From positions 11,780,001 through 11,844,000 of the forward strand of contig JBHGNT010000006.1 of assembly GCA_043228905.1 (NCBI GenBank): a stretch of 64,000 nt of DNA, in the 5' to 3' direction. A program made the position numbers and the translations under genes. Each line of letters opens with the position of its first letter. The first letter of the stretch is position 1. The notes beneath the pieces are model-generated. The model was given only the letters and a program-made list of their open reading frames with translations, was not told where the DNA came from and searched no databases. The DNA comes from Azolla caroliniana (taxonomy: Eukaryota; Plantae; Polypodiophyta). Positions 38,477-52,600 of the stretch are shown one piece after another.

Positions 38477-38962
38477 TCAGCCCAACGGCCTTAAGTCAGT
38501 AGTTGCATCATCAACTACCACGCTCCAAAATCTTGCCATTTTTTGTTGCAAGCTCCCCATCTTCCGACATCTTTCCACCGATGCCTCACCATAAATTGCC
38601 CAAGCTACCCTGTACATTTCAGGGTCATGAGATTCCTTCGATGTTTTACAATACTCGTATGCAAAAGCTCTGGCAAATGAAACAGACAACTCGTTGTTGA
38701 CCGGGATCTCTTGATGTGCTTTCTAGTGCAATCTCATGCAATCGTTGTAAAGGTCTGATCGTACATGCTTGAGCTTGACCTTTCGTTTCACTCTAGGCAC
38801 TTTATATACTGACATCCAGTCTACATCACTAATCAATCTATCTGTTAGAATAGCTGGGTCAATACCCTCGAGTGACAGACCATATATCTTGTGAAAGTCC
38901 TCCTTTGTCTCGCAAAATTTTGCGAAGTTCAGCACTCTAGGATAGGGAGGAACGAGCCACCT
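38477..38962 (-). pseudogene. Exon-like coding fragment of unknown, probably transposon-associated, protein
   Basis: Acceptor-like TTTCAG near 38962, then about 160 codons in one frame with one stop; upstream AT-rich GTAATCAGAA repeats to 39310. Confidence 0.4.
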
Positions 38963-39314
38963 GAAATAGAAAATTAGTAATCAGAATTGGTGCAAAAACA
39001 GAATTTTTAATGTAAATTTGGTGCAAATTTACAACACTTTGAGACAGTAATCTGAAATTTGTAATTTGTCCTTTTCAACATGTATAAAAAATCAACCACT
39101 TAAAAAATCAGAAACCCTAATCAGAATTTGTCATGAAAATTGGTGCAAAATTACAACACATTGCGATAGTAATCTGAAATTTGTAACCAGAAACTTGCAA
39201 TCTGAAATTTGTAATCAGAAACCCTAAACCACTTAAGGGAAACACAAACCCTAATCATCACTAAAGGCAGAAATCAACCGTACCACGAAATTCTGTCAAT
39301 CAGAAACACACCTG

Positions 39315-40268
39315 CTGCTCAACCGAAGTCGAAGGCTACACCGATTCTGACTATGCCGGAAATGCAGATAATCGGAAATCAACATAAAGCTACCTACATC
39401 TTCACCTATGGTGGCAGGGCACTATCATGGAGGTCGAAACTTCAAGAGTGCACGGGTCTGTCTACCACAAAAACCAAGTACATAGCATCATCGAAAGCAG
39501 CGAACGAAGCAATCTGGCTGCACCGACTGATTGCCGGCATTGGAACTGCATCCCGAAACTACTGACCAACGCCGACCATCTATTGCGACTCAGAAAGTGC
39601 AATACATCTCATCAACAATCCCGTCTATCATGTGAAGACGAAGCACATTGAGGTGCGGTATCATCATATCCGGGAGCTCATAAACGAAAAGAAACTTGAA
39701 GTCCGGAAGATCAACACCGAGGTAAACATCGTCAATTACTTGATGAAACTACTCCCAGATCTATGCTTCGGAGCACTATGGACAAAAATGGGGCTATGAC
39801 AAGCGACTGAGCAAAAGAAAGATGAACGAGGAGCAGAAGGTAAGATCTAATCGAAACAATAACGACACATCCCAGACATCTGCCGACTTGGTTGCATGCC
39901 GACCGACTTGTAACATATAAACTTAGATCAATTTTGTAATCTAGGCTTACGGGGGAGATAACTCCAAATACTTTTACATGCAAGAAAGAGTAGTCCTTTT
40001 ACGGGGGAGTTTGTTGGCATAAAAGGCCGACTCCTTCCAAGTTGTATCCGTCCGAGTGTGAACTCGTTAATAAGTTAGGGCTAAGTATATTTAAGCGAAT
40101 ACCTAACATTGTAATGAAGGATGACGAGAAGAGTATTGTATCTCTGAGTGAGAATGAAGTAATAAGAAGCTTTCCATTAAAGCTCGATCTACTGTCTAAG
40201 TCTTCATTCACTGTATTTTCTGTGTGTGTTGTTTTCTAAGCATAAGCCAACAGGTCCTCAAACGTTTC

Positions 40269-40321
<53 letters not shown>

Positions 40322-40324
40322 ACA
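39315..40324 (+). mobile_element. Copia 3' fragment H: RNase H, PPTs, LTR 40012-40324
   Basis: GYTDSDYAG, SWRSKLQ, KTKHIEVRYH; ACGGGGGAG at about 39949 and 40001; TGTTG...CAACA LTR containing (TA)n. Confidence 0.85.
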
Positions 40325-40552
40325 CTTGGCGACATATTGATTATGTGTACTACTGTAAGTAGGTCCTCTACCTAGAAGCCATCCGATAGTTCTGAGTGTT
40401 GAAGCATGGAAACTATCCTTTCTTGAATTGTTCGATTCATTCGCCCGACAACTCCATTATGCTCCGGACAGTAGGGTGTCGTATATTCATGTCTAATGTC
40501 GCACTGTCGGCAAAATTTGACGAATTCTTCAGGCTTGATCTCTCCCCCGTTG

Positions 40553-41307
40553 TGTTAGGAAACAGGTCCCTCCGGATGGGAAGTCAAAAGAACAGTACTG
40601 ATGAGAAAACTCAGCTACGGAAGACCCGGTGAGAACCGGATGACGAGTGCCCGGCTACGGAGAGCCGGATGTTGCAGACCCGGTGAGAACCGGATGACGA
40701 GTACCCGGCTACAGACAGCCGGATGGTGCAGACCCGGTGAGAACCTGATGAGGAGTACCCGGAAACGGAAGACCCGGTGAGAACCGGATGACGAGTACCC
40801 GGCAAGCGCCGGATGATGCAGGCTCGGTGAGGAGTGCTCACCGGATGAAGAGACATATTCGTAAATATGTTTCTGAGAGTCCATCGTGGCTATATTTGTA
40901 AATGGCCGAAAAGTCATATTAGTATAAATATGACTTAGGGCAAACTTTTTTGTATAGAGTGCGAGAGAGTTGTTGTCATTCTTGTTGGCGCAAGATTAGA
41001 GCGCGCAACTGTGTACAGAGAGAGTGAGAGAGAGGAAGAGGTCGTTGCCTCTGATTGTAACTGCCGCCTATGGCGAAGATAGCAAGCTCGAGGTCGTGGC
41101 CTCGGTGCTTTCTTATTGTACATTCTGACATAGTGATAGTTTGCGGTCTGTGGGCTGCCATGGTTTTTCCCGATTTTGGGTTTTCCACGTAAACATCCTA
41201 TGTACTCTTCTCTCTATCGTGTTGTGTTTCATTCCCTGTTTTCTGTGTTTTATTCTAGGATCGGTTGTGGCCGAGCGTTGTTCAAAGGGAGCGTGTAGTT
41301 CCTGTCA
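40553..41307 (+). mobile_element. Solo LTR related to family B, inserted in F integrase
   Basis: TSD CGTTG (40548-40552, 41308-41312); shares GGTCCCTCCGGATGGGA and GTATAAATATGACTTAGGGCAA with B LTRs. Confidence 0.92.
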
Positions 41308-43408
41308 CGTTGTAAGTTCGAAGGCATTTCAGCTTTCGACTAGACTGGTTCTCTACCATTGCGAGCCATTTGGAAAAGATTGAGAACACCCAATCTTTGG
41401 TTTTGATCGGATAGGCCCACACCTTTTGAGTCGAATCTTCGATAAAACTAACAAAGTACAAGGCATCACTGAGAGACTGATGTGGCATAGGTCCATAGAC
41501 TTCTGAGTGGACCAAATCGAGTGGAATCGATTCTCTCGGTGCTGCTGTCATACTTGCAATGCGGCTATCTATTTGCAATACTAGCAATGCTCGCAGATTT
41601 GATGATCGGAGAAGGAGAGTTTGGGGATGTATCCGGCTCTAGATAAATGCATGATGCCGCCCTTGTTGAGGTGTCTGAGTCATCCATCCCATAGAAATGA
41701 CACGGGGTTATCAACCAGGAACAAGTCACCTTCTCTGAGTGTGACGTATAATGGGTACAACGAATGTACTTTCGGTCGTCGAACAAGCAGGAGGCACCCC
41801 CTGTGGATTCTACTCTAATAAGAAGCCAACACGAATGTCATCTTCATCAAGTTGTGCGACTGAGATCAATGGACTTGAGAGCTCAGGCACATGTCAGACA
41901 TCTTGTAGTACCAATGTAGAGCCACCTGGAAGGTTGAGCTCTACTGTGTTGATTCCGATGATAGCGCAATGTTGCGAGTTTCCAACTCGAACTGAGTCGA
42001 AATGTTGGGCTAAGTATTGCCGAAATTGGGATCGATGAGGGGTCACATGATATGGAGCGCCTGAATCCAAAAGCCATGTGCTTGATTCCTCAATCGTGAG
42101 CAAAACTTCTGATTCGACTGGGTTCTCAATGGATAGTATGTTCGGGTTGCTCAGTAGTACTTTGGCTGAGGAGCTGACGTAATTGACCTCCTCATGTCGG
42201 CCACTCTTCTGATCCACTTTTTGAGCTTTGTCATTTTTGGCTTTGAGTGTGCGGCAATGAGCTTTGATGTGTCCGTGTTTCTTGCAATAGTTGCAGATTC
42301 GATTATCCGGGATTTGCTCCGACTTCATTGGTGGTTCGATTGTCGAGAGGAACTTCTTCCTCGACTGTTCGATTGGTCGGTCGAACCTTGTACTACATAG
42401 GCTTCATTTGTCGAGTCCTTTGCAAATTATTTCCTCTAAGCTGCTTTAGTCAATATTGCACTCGTGACTGAGGAGTATTTGACGGCAACAGTCAACGCGT
42501 TGCACACAATAGTGACAAAAGTTTCCCACGAAGGGGGGGACTGCTCATGAGGAACATTGTTCTCAGTTCATCTTCAATCGTTGTCCCCTAGGCCACAATT
42601 TGGGAACTTAAACTTTCGTACTCATTTAGATGTGCTTGGACCGAGTCAGATTCTTTCATCTAAAGGTTGTAAAGGCACCAAATCAGATATATCTTTATGG
42701 CAACGACCTCCAAGTTTTCATCAGTGTCCAAAAGTGTCTTCCATAGTTGGAAGGCAGTCGAACACGATTGCATCGTGAAGTACACGGACTCGGACAGGTG
42801 CATCCGAATTGTGGCGTGGACAATTCTATCCAGCTTCTGCCACTCAATTGGCTTGTATCCTTCTGGAGGGCGTTCATTCTCGATTGGGTCAATTTGACCC
42901 TTGCCTATTAGATAGTCTTGCATCTGCTCCTTCTAGAAGTTGAAGTTCGATCCATCGAACTTCCTCTGACTCATCTCTAACAAGCCGGATGTTGATGCCA
43001 TATGTGTCGGTTTACTGGACTTTGTCCATAGTCGACTACGAGCAGTGGTCGAGTGCGATTGACTGGCTCACCCAATATTGTTCTCAGTCGAATTTGGACA
43101 CAAGTCAAATAGACTTCGACTATTGGCGAGTTCTATCTAAAGTGGCTACAGTCAGTTGACTTAGTCGAATTGAACCTGAATTTTCTGATTCGATTCCGAA
43201 AGTCGATTTTAGGGTGCCGATCACAGATCATGTGTCGTTTTTCCAGGCCAATTCTGCTTCAAGTGATTATGACAATAAGAGGGACATATCCAACTGGCCT
43301 TCCCGAGTGTTGTCTAGGCGAGTGAGGCACGGATAGGGGTTGTTCCTTGAACAGGATTTGCTTTGAGTAATTATGACAAGCAAATAGATTGTGTCTAACC
43401 TGGTAAAG

Positions 43409-43932
43409 TGTTGGGAAATCGGTCCCTCCGGATGGGATCCAAGTATGAATGAGGATGACCCGGTGAGAACCGGAAGAGAAGACATATTTGTAAATATGTT
43501 TTGAGTAAGCCTATTGAGGCTATATTTGTAAATAGCCCTAAGTTCATATAAGTATAAATATGACTTAGGGCAATCACTCAAGTAGTGTTGTCATATTGTT
43601 GTATGTGTATAACTATTATATGGATTAACAAATAGAGAGAGAGAGAGAGAGGAGATACATAGTGATACTCTGTTGTAACCGCCGCGTGGCGAAGAAACAG
43701 AGCTCGAGGTCATTGCCTCCGAGTCTCTGATTGTACCTTTCTCATATAGTGATAGTTTGGAGTCTGTGGGCTCCCGTGGTTTTTCCCTATTAGGGTTTTC
43801 CACGTAAACATCATGTGTACTTTCTTTTGGTGTACGAGTATTCATCTCTATTCCCATTTCTGTGTTTGATCCTTAAACGAAGTGATCTAAGACTCGGTTG
43901 TGACCAAACAGTATTCTGCACTATTCTCCACA
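43409..43932 (+). mobile_element. Solo LTR related to family B, inserted in the F leader
   Basis: TSD TAAAG (43404-43408, 43933-43937); same conserved LTR blocks; no tandem array. Confidence 0.92.
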
Positions 43933-44500
43933 TAAAGCACGATCTCGAAGGCCGATTTGATGGAGATTCCACTCTGAGCGGCTGCAATCACAAAGAAGAG
44001 GTACAATCGACTAGCTTACCTTAAGAGTGATTTAGTTCAGTAGAGTGCAAATCTTTTGTTTTGTTTCTCTTCTCAAGATGAGATCTTGAACTCAGATTCT
44101 TGAAGGAAGACAAAGCGAGAATGTCGTTAATGGCTGATGATGGTTGGCATCGAGTTGAAGAACCTTCGCTCTGATAGCAGATGTTGTAGACGGAGTCCGT
44201 CAGTGTGGAAACATCAACAACACGTCAAGATGAAGATCACCGAGTAGGTAAGTCGAAGGCAAGATCATAAAGAAACAGAATGAGAGAGACAGACAGACAG
44301 ACAGATACCAAGAGGCACACAAGAAGAACTGTATTATACAAGATCTCTCAACAATGACAACCCCAACAACTAGATTACAAAGCCCATCATATACCAAGTG
44401 AGCTAGGGCAATTGCCCTTTGACATGTTTACAAAATTGTCCTAAATCTAGTAGGTCGAAGATACAATGTGAATACGGCCATTATAGACCAATGTTCGACA

Positions 44501-45696
44501 TCTTTCACATCTTCTTCTAGAAGAGGTCGTGCTAACTGCTTTCGAAGGTTTTGAAACTGAATAATGAATTGTAGAACAGTCTCATGGGCTTCTTGATAAG
44601 CCGCATAAAATTGGCTCATGAGTTCCCTTTTTGGAACTTGTCGATGAAATAACCTAATAAACTTGCTAGTTAATTGCTTAAATGACTCAAGCTCACCTAC
44701 CTCATGCTGTGCGTACCAATTTGTTGATTGTCCGTCTAGTGACAATCCAAATTCGGCAATCTTGGATTTGTCAGCATCTGCTTCCAACAATCTCTGGGAT
44801 GCATGGTTAGCTTGCCATGTCATAAGGAAAGCATGCATATGTGCCTCAACGTTGGCTTCATCATGTTGTAAATGGGGTTAGTGATACGGCATTGTATCCT
44901 CTTGAAAAAATCCACCAAAGTTTGTGAAGTAATTAGAATGGTCAGACGGCTCCTCGTTCAAACTACTATCAATGTATAAATCGGGAACCTCTCTTAATTC
45001 CCCTTCAGCTACCTGCTGAATTAATTCGACAGACTCCAAATTAGTGGAATTACCTTCCTCTGCACGTCGGCTCTCCGATGTTGTGTGTGGTCTGCTGCTT
45101 CCTGCAGGCTAGTTTTTATTAGGTCGACTAGGCGACATCCATCTTCCTTGTTCTTTGTTAGTAATAGATGTAATCAGGCGTGCCAAAATATTGTGTTGTC
45201 GACTGACACAATGGGTTGAACAACTTAATCACTAAATCGTCCTATCAAAAGATCATGGTAGGAGATGAATGTTTGCCTATTATGATAATCACTTAATCAT
45301 TACTCAGATATTAATTACTCAAACTTCATTAATACCAATATGAATTACGAACTTGATCGACCGATAATTATAGATATAATTTGCGTAGCCGAGAGACAGA
45401 GCATATGACACAATATATATACTCTAACTACCAAAATTATATTAGTAACCAAAACAGACCAATAATGATACAATACTCTCGGTCCCTTTTTATAGGCGCC
45501 CTGAGAGTCTTTTCCAAGATGATACACTTGCCTGTTCGGCAAGAACCTACAGTTACACGAACTATTCTATTTTCTAAATTACCCTATTTTCTACTTGGCA
45601 AAAATATAATTAGACTACTGTCTTTTGACACCCATCCGACTCCAACTCCAACTCCCCTTGTTGACCTTTACAGTTCGGGTAGCCGACCGACTAACA
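44501..45696 (-). mobile_element. Ty3/gypsy 5' fragment I: LTR ~45194-45696, Arg-type PBS, gag
   Basis: TGGCACGCC PBS at 45177-45185; retrotransposon gag FGLSLDGQSTNWY...FIRLF...QEAHETV; cut by the F LTR. Confidence 0.75.
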
Positions 45697-47694
45697 AGGA
45701 AATATGAGATTAGTTATACCAAACTAGTAAACTCCAAATCCCGTTCAAGGCTCTAAATTGTTCCGCCACCATTCAAGAGGCAAACCACACTTGTCTACTT
45801 AACTATCAATAAGAGGTTGTCGTCACATACATTGGCATGTAATCGAGAGAATCTTATCCATGAGAAACAAGCATGAGCTCAATGGTAACACCCCAAAATC
45901 ACAAATCCAAAGACAATGATGATGATGTACCTTCCCATGGACAAAACGTCACCTCCATGTTCTCCTCCTTACACTTACATTCACATATGCCCATCATCAT
46001 TTAACCAACAAAACCATCCTCATTTACTCATATTGCATGTTCATCCCACACTCTAGAATGCACACTTTGTTGTCATTAAAGCAATGACAATGAAAGGAAG
46101 GCATTCTCCACAAAGCCCTTCCCCATGACCCATAAGTGGTTAAATGTAATTCACATCGATCAAAAGTTCAAGGAATGTTTTCATCTTAAATTCTAGATAG
46201 GTTGAGATCTTGATAGGATCAAGAAAGGTAGTGGTTGTACAACCATACGGACAATCAATACACCATCCAATCCCATGTAAACTAAATTTCTATGACACCC
46301 CCTCATCCTTGCACAACTATATTGATTATGTTCCCATATTGGTGTGGAGCAAAGCCTTGATTTATTCATCTTACACAATTATACATGGACAAGATGGAGT
46401 GCTTTGACACCAATAGTAACCATTAGTTATTAATGGTGGCAAAGCACCGTTGTGTTGTAACCATTAGTTACTTGACTTCTCACCACACTCCTTAGCACTA
46501 AAAAATGATGGAGATGACCATTTTTTAAATATCTACATCCACCAATGGTGCATACCAACCCAACTTTCTTCGCACTACCTTGAAGATGGTCATCGTGTGA
46601 TTTCTTCATGGAAAGCCAAACATCCCCCATCCACTTGTTCAACTAGCCCATACTACCTCAAATGGCTAGCTAGTGATCCTTGTGAGGAAGAGATGTAGTG
46701 AAGTTGCCCCCCATCCTCCTAAGTGATCCCATGTTTAAAGAAACACACTACCACCAATGCAATCATTTGCATATATAGGCCAACAAATTAATCCTAGATC
46801 CATAGGCTAGTGAGATGTAATTGAGTGATACATGATTGAGGTCGAAAGCTTGAGTCCAACAAGAATTCACAACTTTACCTTACTTTGAATTTTAGCTACT
46901 ACAAATTATGCCTCTTGTGTAGATTGTCCACTTTTTACTTCAATGCCAACAATGTAAGGACTTCTTATTCCTCTCTAGACTACAATGCATGCCAACTTTT
47001 TACTCTATTTTCTTTGTTGACCTCACATGATCGTTGCCCTTTACCTCAACCACACCTAATTCCCCCTCTCATCTTGCCCATATTTTGAGCCTGCCCACTA
47101 CACGTAACAATCTTATTTTTCTCTTGATGCACCCAAGAATGTTCACTCATTAGGTTGGGGAGGATGTTAACCATGTCAAACCCAAACAGAGAAGCCTAGT
47201 AGAGCTTGAGAAGGGATCTAAAGTTCACAATGTGGAAGGGAACATAATTATAATTTGTAAAATGCAAAAGATTTATAAAAGTAAAAATATAAACTTCATT
47301 CTTCTTCATTTTTCAGCCTACCTTTAAGCTAGAGTTATCGTTTTAATCTTCATTCTTCTCCCTCAACGTTATCGAACTCCATTTGTATTGAATTTCACTT
47401 AAACCTTTGCTCTTTGACCTTTTTATTTGATCCCTTGTATGAGTGGCTATTCTATAAGAAAGACATTGTTGGGTAATCTTTATGTTCAAGTTCGTGTGTT
47501 TCTTTTTGAGCGATTGAGTTAACATGAACAAAGATCACTTTAAATAATGTCCCGTCATCTTTGTCGTGATAGAGAGGTGCATGATTTGAGAGTTTGCTTG
47601 CCTAGGGAACATCATTTGATACACTCTAGAGTGGTTGACACCCACTTCTAACCCGCCTCACATGATCCCTTGAGGTGATCTAACAAGAAGCTAA

Positions 47695-47930
47695 TTGTTA
47701 GACTATAGCATGGATGACACAACCATGGAACAAGAAGTGCTCAACATGATCTACAATGTCAATAAGCTCCAATACTATATATCGGATTGGAAGTTCACAC
47801 TCCCTATCAACCTCTTCGCCCTCTACTTCGTGTTCAAAGCACCATTATCTAGCAAACTCATTCATTGGATGCTTATCCAACATGGATTTGAGTCCGCCAT
47901 TTTTCCAAAATATTGGAGATTCAACAACAA
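47695..47930 (+). pseudogene. Highly decayed gypsy RNase H fragment
   Basis: TTMEQEVLNMIYNVNKLQYY aligns with G1 TTEREALAMVYNVKKFRHY. Confidence 0.7.
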
Positions 47931-49636
47931 TGAGTTATTATCCATTTTTCTTTGTTTGTGTGTGCGTGTGTGCATGTAATAATGACAACTTATTCTTTGT
48001 TATGTTAATTTCATGATATATGTGTTCATATCCATACAAATACAAATATATATTGTGTGTGACATGTGTTGTGTGTGTACTAGTTCAATGTGAAAATTAA
48101 GTTCATGCCATGGTTTGGGATGTTAACATTTTTCTTAATGGTATCGTTTTCAACCCTAAGTCTCGATAGTGGTTTCTAATTGAATTAAGCTGTAGTGGAT
48201 GTGATTTTAAACTAAAAACATGAGGTTTAAAGTCTCAACATTAAGATTTGAAGTTTTGAACATAGCACCATTAAGGTTGTGATCTTAGCCTTTACCACTT
48301 ACATTAACGTTACATGTACGGAAATGGTTTAATGCATCATGGCCTTTTTACATTTCAATTGTTCTTGTCTTGTTTATGCGGTACAATATGAATGTGGAGA
48401 AATAATTGAACATATATGTTTAGAGAAAACTTTATTAATTATGTCTTAAAATAAAGCTAGTTGAGCTTTGTTATGCATTAAAGAAATTTTGAAATATATG
48501 TTGTTTGATTTGCGAGAGCCATTGGCTTTGAATTTCTGCTAAACCACAAAGCCCATGAAAATGCAAGGACATAATTATTCTTGTTTTTCATGCATTGTGG
48601 ACGTCATCTTATTGGATACATCCTCTAGAGGACATTACAGTTTGTACTTCCAAATTATATTGATATAGACCACTAGTAGATAACGATATAACTTTCTTTT
48701 TTTTCTTTTTCTGTCACAACTTGAATGTAGTAAAAATAACTTTTTGATTTGAGTTTCTATTGTTCGTTCTTCATACTCTAAATGACAAGGAACTAAATAG
48801 GCTTTTGGAGTACATCTCAAGCTGACATATCTTCAAGCAATTATTATGAAAAGTCTTCGCCAATACTTTTTAATAGAAACACGTGTTTATGTGTTGAAAT
48901 TTCATAAAGGCCTGATTTTATACAAAGAAACATGCAAAATTTTATTGGTTTAGAATATTGCTGATTCTTCAAACTCAAACAATCAATAGTGGAAGTTTTG
49001 ACCAATATTTTTTGATAAAACACCCCTCAATGCATTGAAAATTCATGAATATATAAAATAACATGTAAGCTCTTATCGATTCAGAAAAGGTCAACGATTT
49101 TCGAATGCATATTTTGTTATCATGTATTAATGAACTCAGAGCTGGTTTTTCTTTTGTGGTCATTTTCTTCATACTGATGCTAGGCTGTTTGGCAATACGT
49201 CGGTAAAACAATATATTGGCCAACAGTTTGGAGTTTTTACATGTTGGCCAAGGTTCATTATCGTGCATAACAAAATAACAGGAAAAATACAAGAGAAAAC
49301 ACCGTGAGCAATTCATTTTTTTTAAAATGGACACTCACATCACATCTTATTCCCTTTATAAATATTTCTCATATGACAAATATACCTACTCCAGATTCAT
49401 GAAGTCCAGAAAGTTTCGACCAGCAGTTCAGAATGATATGAGACACCTTTTAGACTCGAGGTATATCGTGAGTGATTGCCATGACATCCTCTCAGGACTA
49501 GATATGAGCTTCCACGTCACAAAATGGCATCATGTTTAGGACATGGATATGCCAAGAGACCATTTTCTTCAATATAAGTCATATCATCTTTACAGTCAAT
49601 AATGTCGGTAGAGGAAATGGTCGGTCCTACATAGGA

Positions 49637-52600
49637 TCAATCGAATGAAGTGCATGTAATACATGAATGATTATCTGCGACATCCTTCAGTAGAACACTT
49701 CTTTGGTTTTTTTCTCTTTAGGAGAAGGAAATCGTCGAAATATACCTTCTTCACCAGGAGTATAAATTGTCACTGCAATAAGGAAAAGGGAAAAAATCAA
49801 ATGCCTCGTTCTTTTTTTGTATCATTTGTGTAAAAAGCAACGTGGTTAACTATTCCACATGAAAAATTTTACAGCCATAAATTATGTTCACGTTATGGCT
49901 GAGCCCTTGGGATATGATGGCAAAATATGCTTTTCAATACAAATTTGAGAAGGAAAAAGGAAAATATAAGTAAGCCAGGATTTTAGAGAATGTACATACA
50001 CCAATTGTCGAAGCCTTGTGCTCCAATGCATGACACTGCACTTCCAAAGCATTCACCTCTTCTTCAAGCTCCATCATCTTTTGCTCATATTCCTGTGCTT
50101 CTCTCCTAACCTTGTTTAGCTGTGTTTCCATCTTCAAGAAGGAGCCAAATGATTGTTTCCTAGAAATGAACAAGCCATATGACAAATCATCAGAACCACG
50201 ATCGATACTTTTTTTCTACAAAACAGCAAAAAAGAAGGAAAGATGAAATCTGAATCCTCAAGTTCTGAGTTTATGATGATTCAAATCTCAGCCTTCTGAT
50301 TCAATTTTCTAAAAAGATGAAGAGATTAGTGTTCTTATTTTAGTCAAGGATAAAGAAATACATATCAGTTGAGCAAAAAGAGTGTACCTTTCAAGGTCAC
50401 TAGGTAACCTTCTGAGGTCATCATTGAACTTCTCCAGATATGCATCCCGATCAAACATCACATTATATATGACAACACCATTTCTGGCCCAGAAACAGTA
50501 CATAACAAACCCCGCCACAGCTGCAGACAAGAAACACCGGCCAATGGAGTCATTGTATGATTCTGTCTGAAGTGTTACCAGAGAGAAGAGGAACAGGAAC
50601 AAAGAGAGCACACCACACCTTCGAATTAACCTGAAAGACAGACATTTGAGATTTGATGTTTGATCATATTTCGTATGGAAGAAAGATTGGATATTATCAT
50701 ATTGTAGCTTCTCATGTGCATACCTTCTTGCCAAAATAGAAAAAAGCAATACAGAAATGGTGAAAGAAAGAAATGAAATAGCCGGTAGTACCTCAGCAAG
50801 CATGTACATCAGTATGCTGAGGGTGAAGAAGGCAAGTGATAGACATTTGTGTGACGCTTATTGAAAGCACTTTCTCATTCACTAATGGAAAAGTGAACTG
50901 CATTTCTCTTGCCTTTCTAGTTTATCTTTTACTGTCTTGTGACATTGATATGATTTTTTTGACAATTAAGAGTGATTTTTATGGCAGAAGCTTACAATGA
51001 AGAACAATCTTTAGTTAATTTGTTTCAACATTCTCTTGCATACTTCATACATGAAACACCAGCTTCAGTTTGAGCTGGCGCTTCTAGTCTCAAGGAATTT
51101 CGGGCACCAATTCCCTAGTAGTACTAGATAGAACTTTTTTACGTTTGATCAATTTTTAGATTTACTTGATTTATTTTGTTGTTTCCATAACTAGCAAAAA
51201 TCTCTCTTTCCTTTTTGTCTTGTCTACACACATGTGAGAAAGGCACCTTTGCGACAAGAAGTTCATTTGCTAGTACTAGATAAAATGGAACTGTGATCGA
51301 CACAAAGGAGATGAGGAATATAGTACACATCTTATGAGCCCAACATACTATGTGGACAAAGGAAGAAAATAATCTACATCGGTATCATTTCAAAATGATG
51401 GCTAAATAATAACATAGAAAATGCCTAACAACTAGACAAAGATAAAAATCATAGTACAGGACTATATCTTGATACAGATCCTGTAGGCATATAATCATGT
51501 GAGTGCTAGACTTCATCATAGACAGTTTCACCTAATAAAAAAGGTTTCTGATGAATAGTTCCTTTAGATCATCATCATGAAGAACACCACGTGAAAATGT
51601 TTTCAAGAATATGTACATTTGTGATAATGCCATCAAACTCTGAAAAGAGGATAGAATTTCAATTAAAAACCAAGGATGTACCAGGTGATTGTAACAATTA
51701 CAACTACATGCAGCCAAAGGAAATGAATAAGCAGTAGAGAGGATATCCTCAATGTCTTATGATTAGGAAAAACACAATGATTGCCTGACTCTTACTCAAA
51801 GACATGAAATATTTGTTTGAATTCTTTTTCAAAAGACCTCAATACTTCATTCTTAATGCCAAATGGAAAAGTGGGCTTCTTTTTAACTTACTTGGACTGC
51901 CAAATACACACCTGTATTCGTTAAACTGAGCCATTGTGTTCCGAAGTCTCAATCCGAAACCCAAGAAAACAAAATAATTTATAACCTGAAGAAGTGACAG
52001 CCCATATACCCATACTGCTCTGGAAACAAATACGCAGTGCCCTTTACTAGGATCTCCTTCCATGGTTTCAAACCTGATGCACACAATCACGCACAAAACA
52101 TACACTTCATCAATTTCATGCTTTAAATTCAAGCTTTGTTGATCATTATTTCTTCGTAAATCATATGTTTGTGGATTTCCACATCATCACTGGGGTTTGA
52201 CATCAATAGTTTACTGAGTAACTAAAAACCACTGGAAAAAGCCCATCCCTTTACTTTCAAACTAATTCCCAAAACATGGATCAAACTAGCTTTCCTAAAG
52301 GTACTCCTCACCCACTCAAAAGATCTTCTAAAGGTTCACTAAACAAGAATAATGATGGCAATGATGATGATGATGATGATGATGATGATGGCCACTTACT
52401 TGATCACACTCTTGTTTTTTATAGTGGCAGCAATTGCAAAGGCAATGGAAGGGAGCAAGAGAGGTGGAAGAAAAGTGTATTCATGGATACGATTCACCGA
52501 TTTCCATACAAAGATCCGATATAGAGTGATAAAGCGAACAGTGAGACAATTGAGCCAAAGAGAGAATCCAAAGCAAGATTGCATCCAGTAGGTCCAAAGA

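Larger units (their letters stand above)
40325..44500 (-). mobile_element. Degenerate Copia F, 5' half (LTR 44182-44500, PBS 44168-44179, gag, PR, INT)
   Basis: KFDGSNFNF gag, CNYCKKHGH, WLLDSGA, LVHSEV, LRTYN-GGE; PBS TGCTATCAGAGC has one mismatch to the Met type. Confidence 0.87.

Noticed and set aside
40012-44500. H LTR and F LTR as the two ends of one element
   Set aside because: Opposite orientation, only weak similarity, and no shared TSD.
45700-49600. Possible further host exons, including an RGS box
   Set aside because: No recognisable motif or phase-consistent exon chain by eye; only decayed retroelement traces. An HMM search is still needed.
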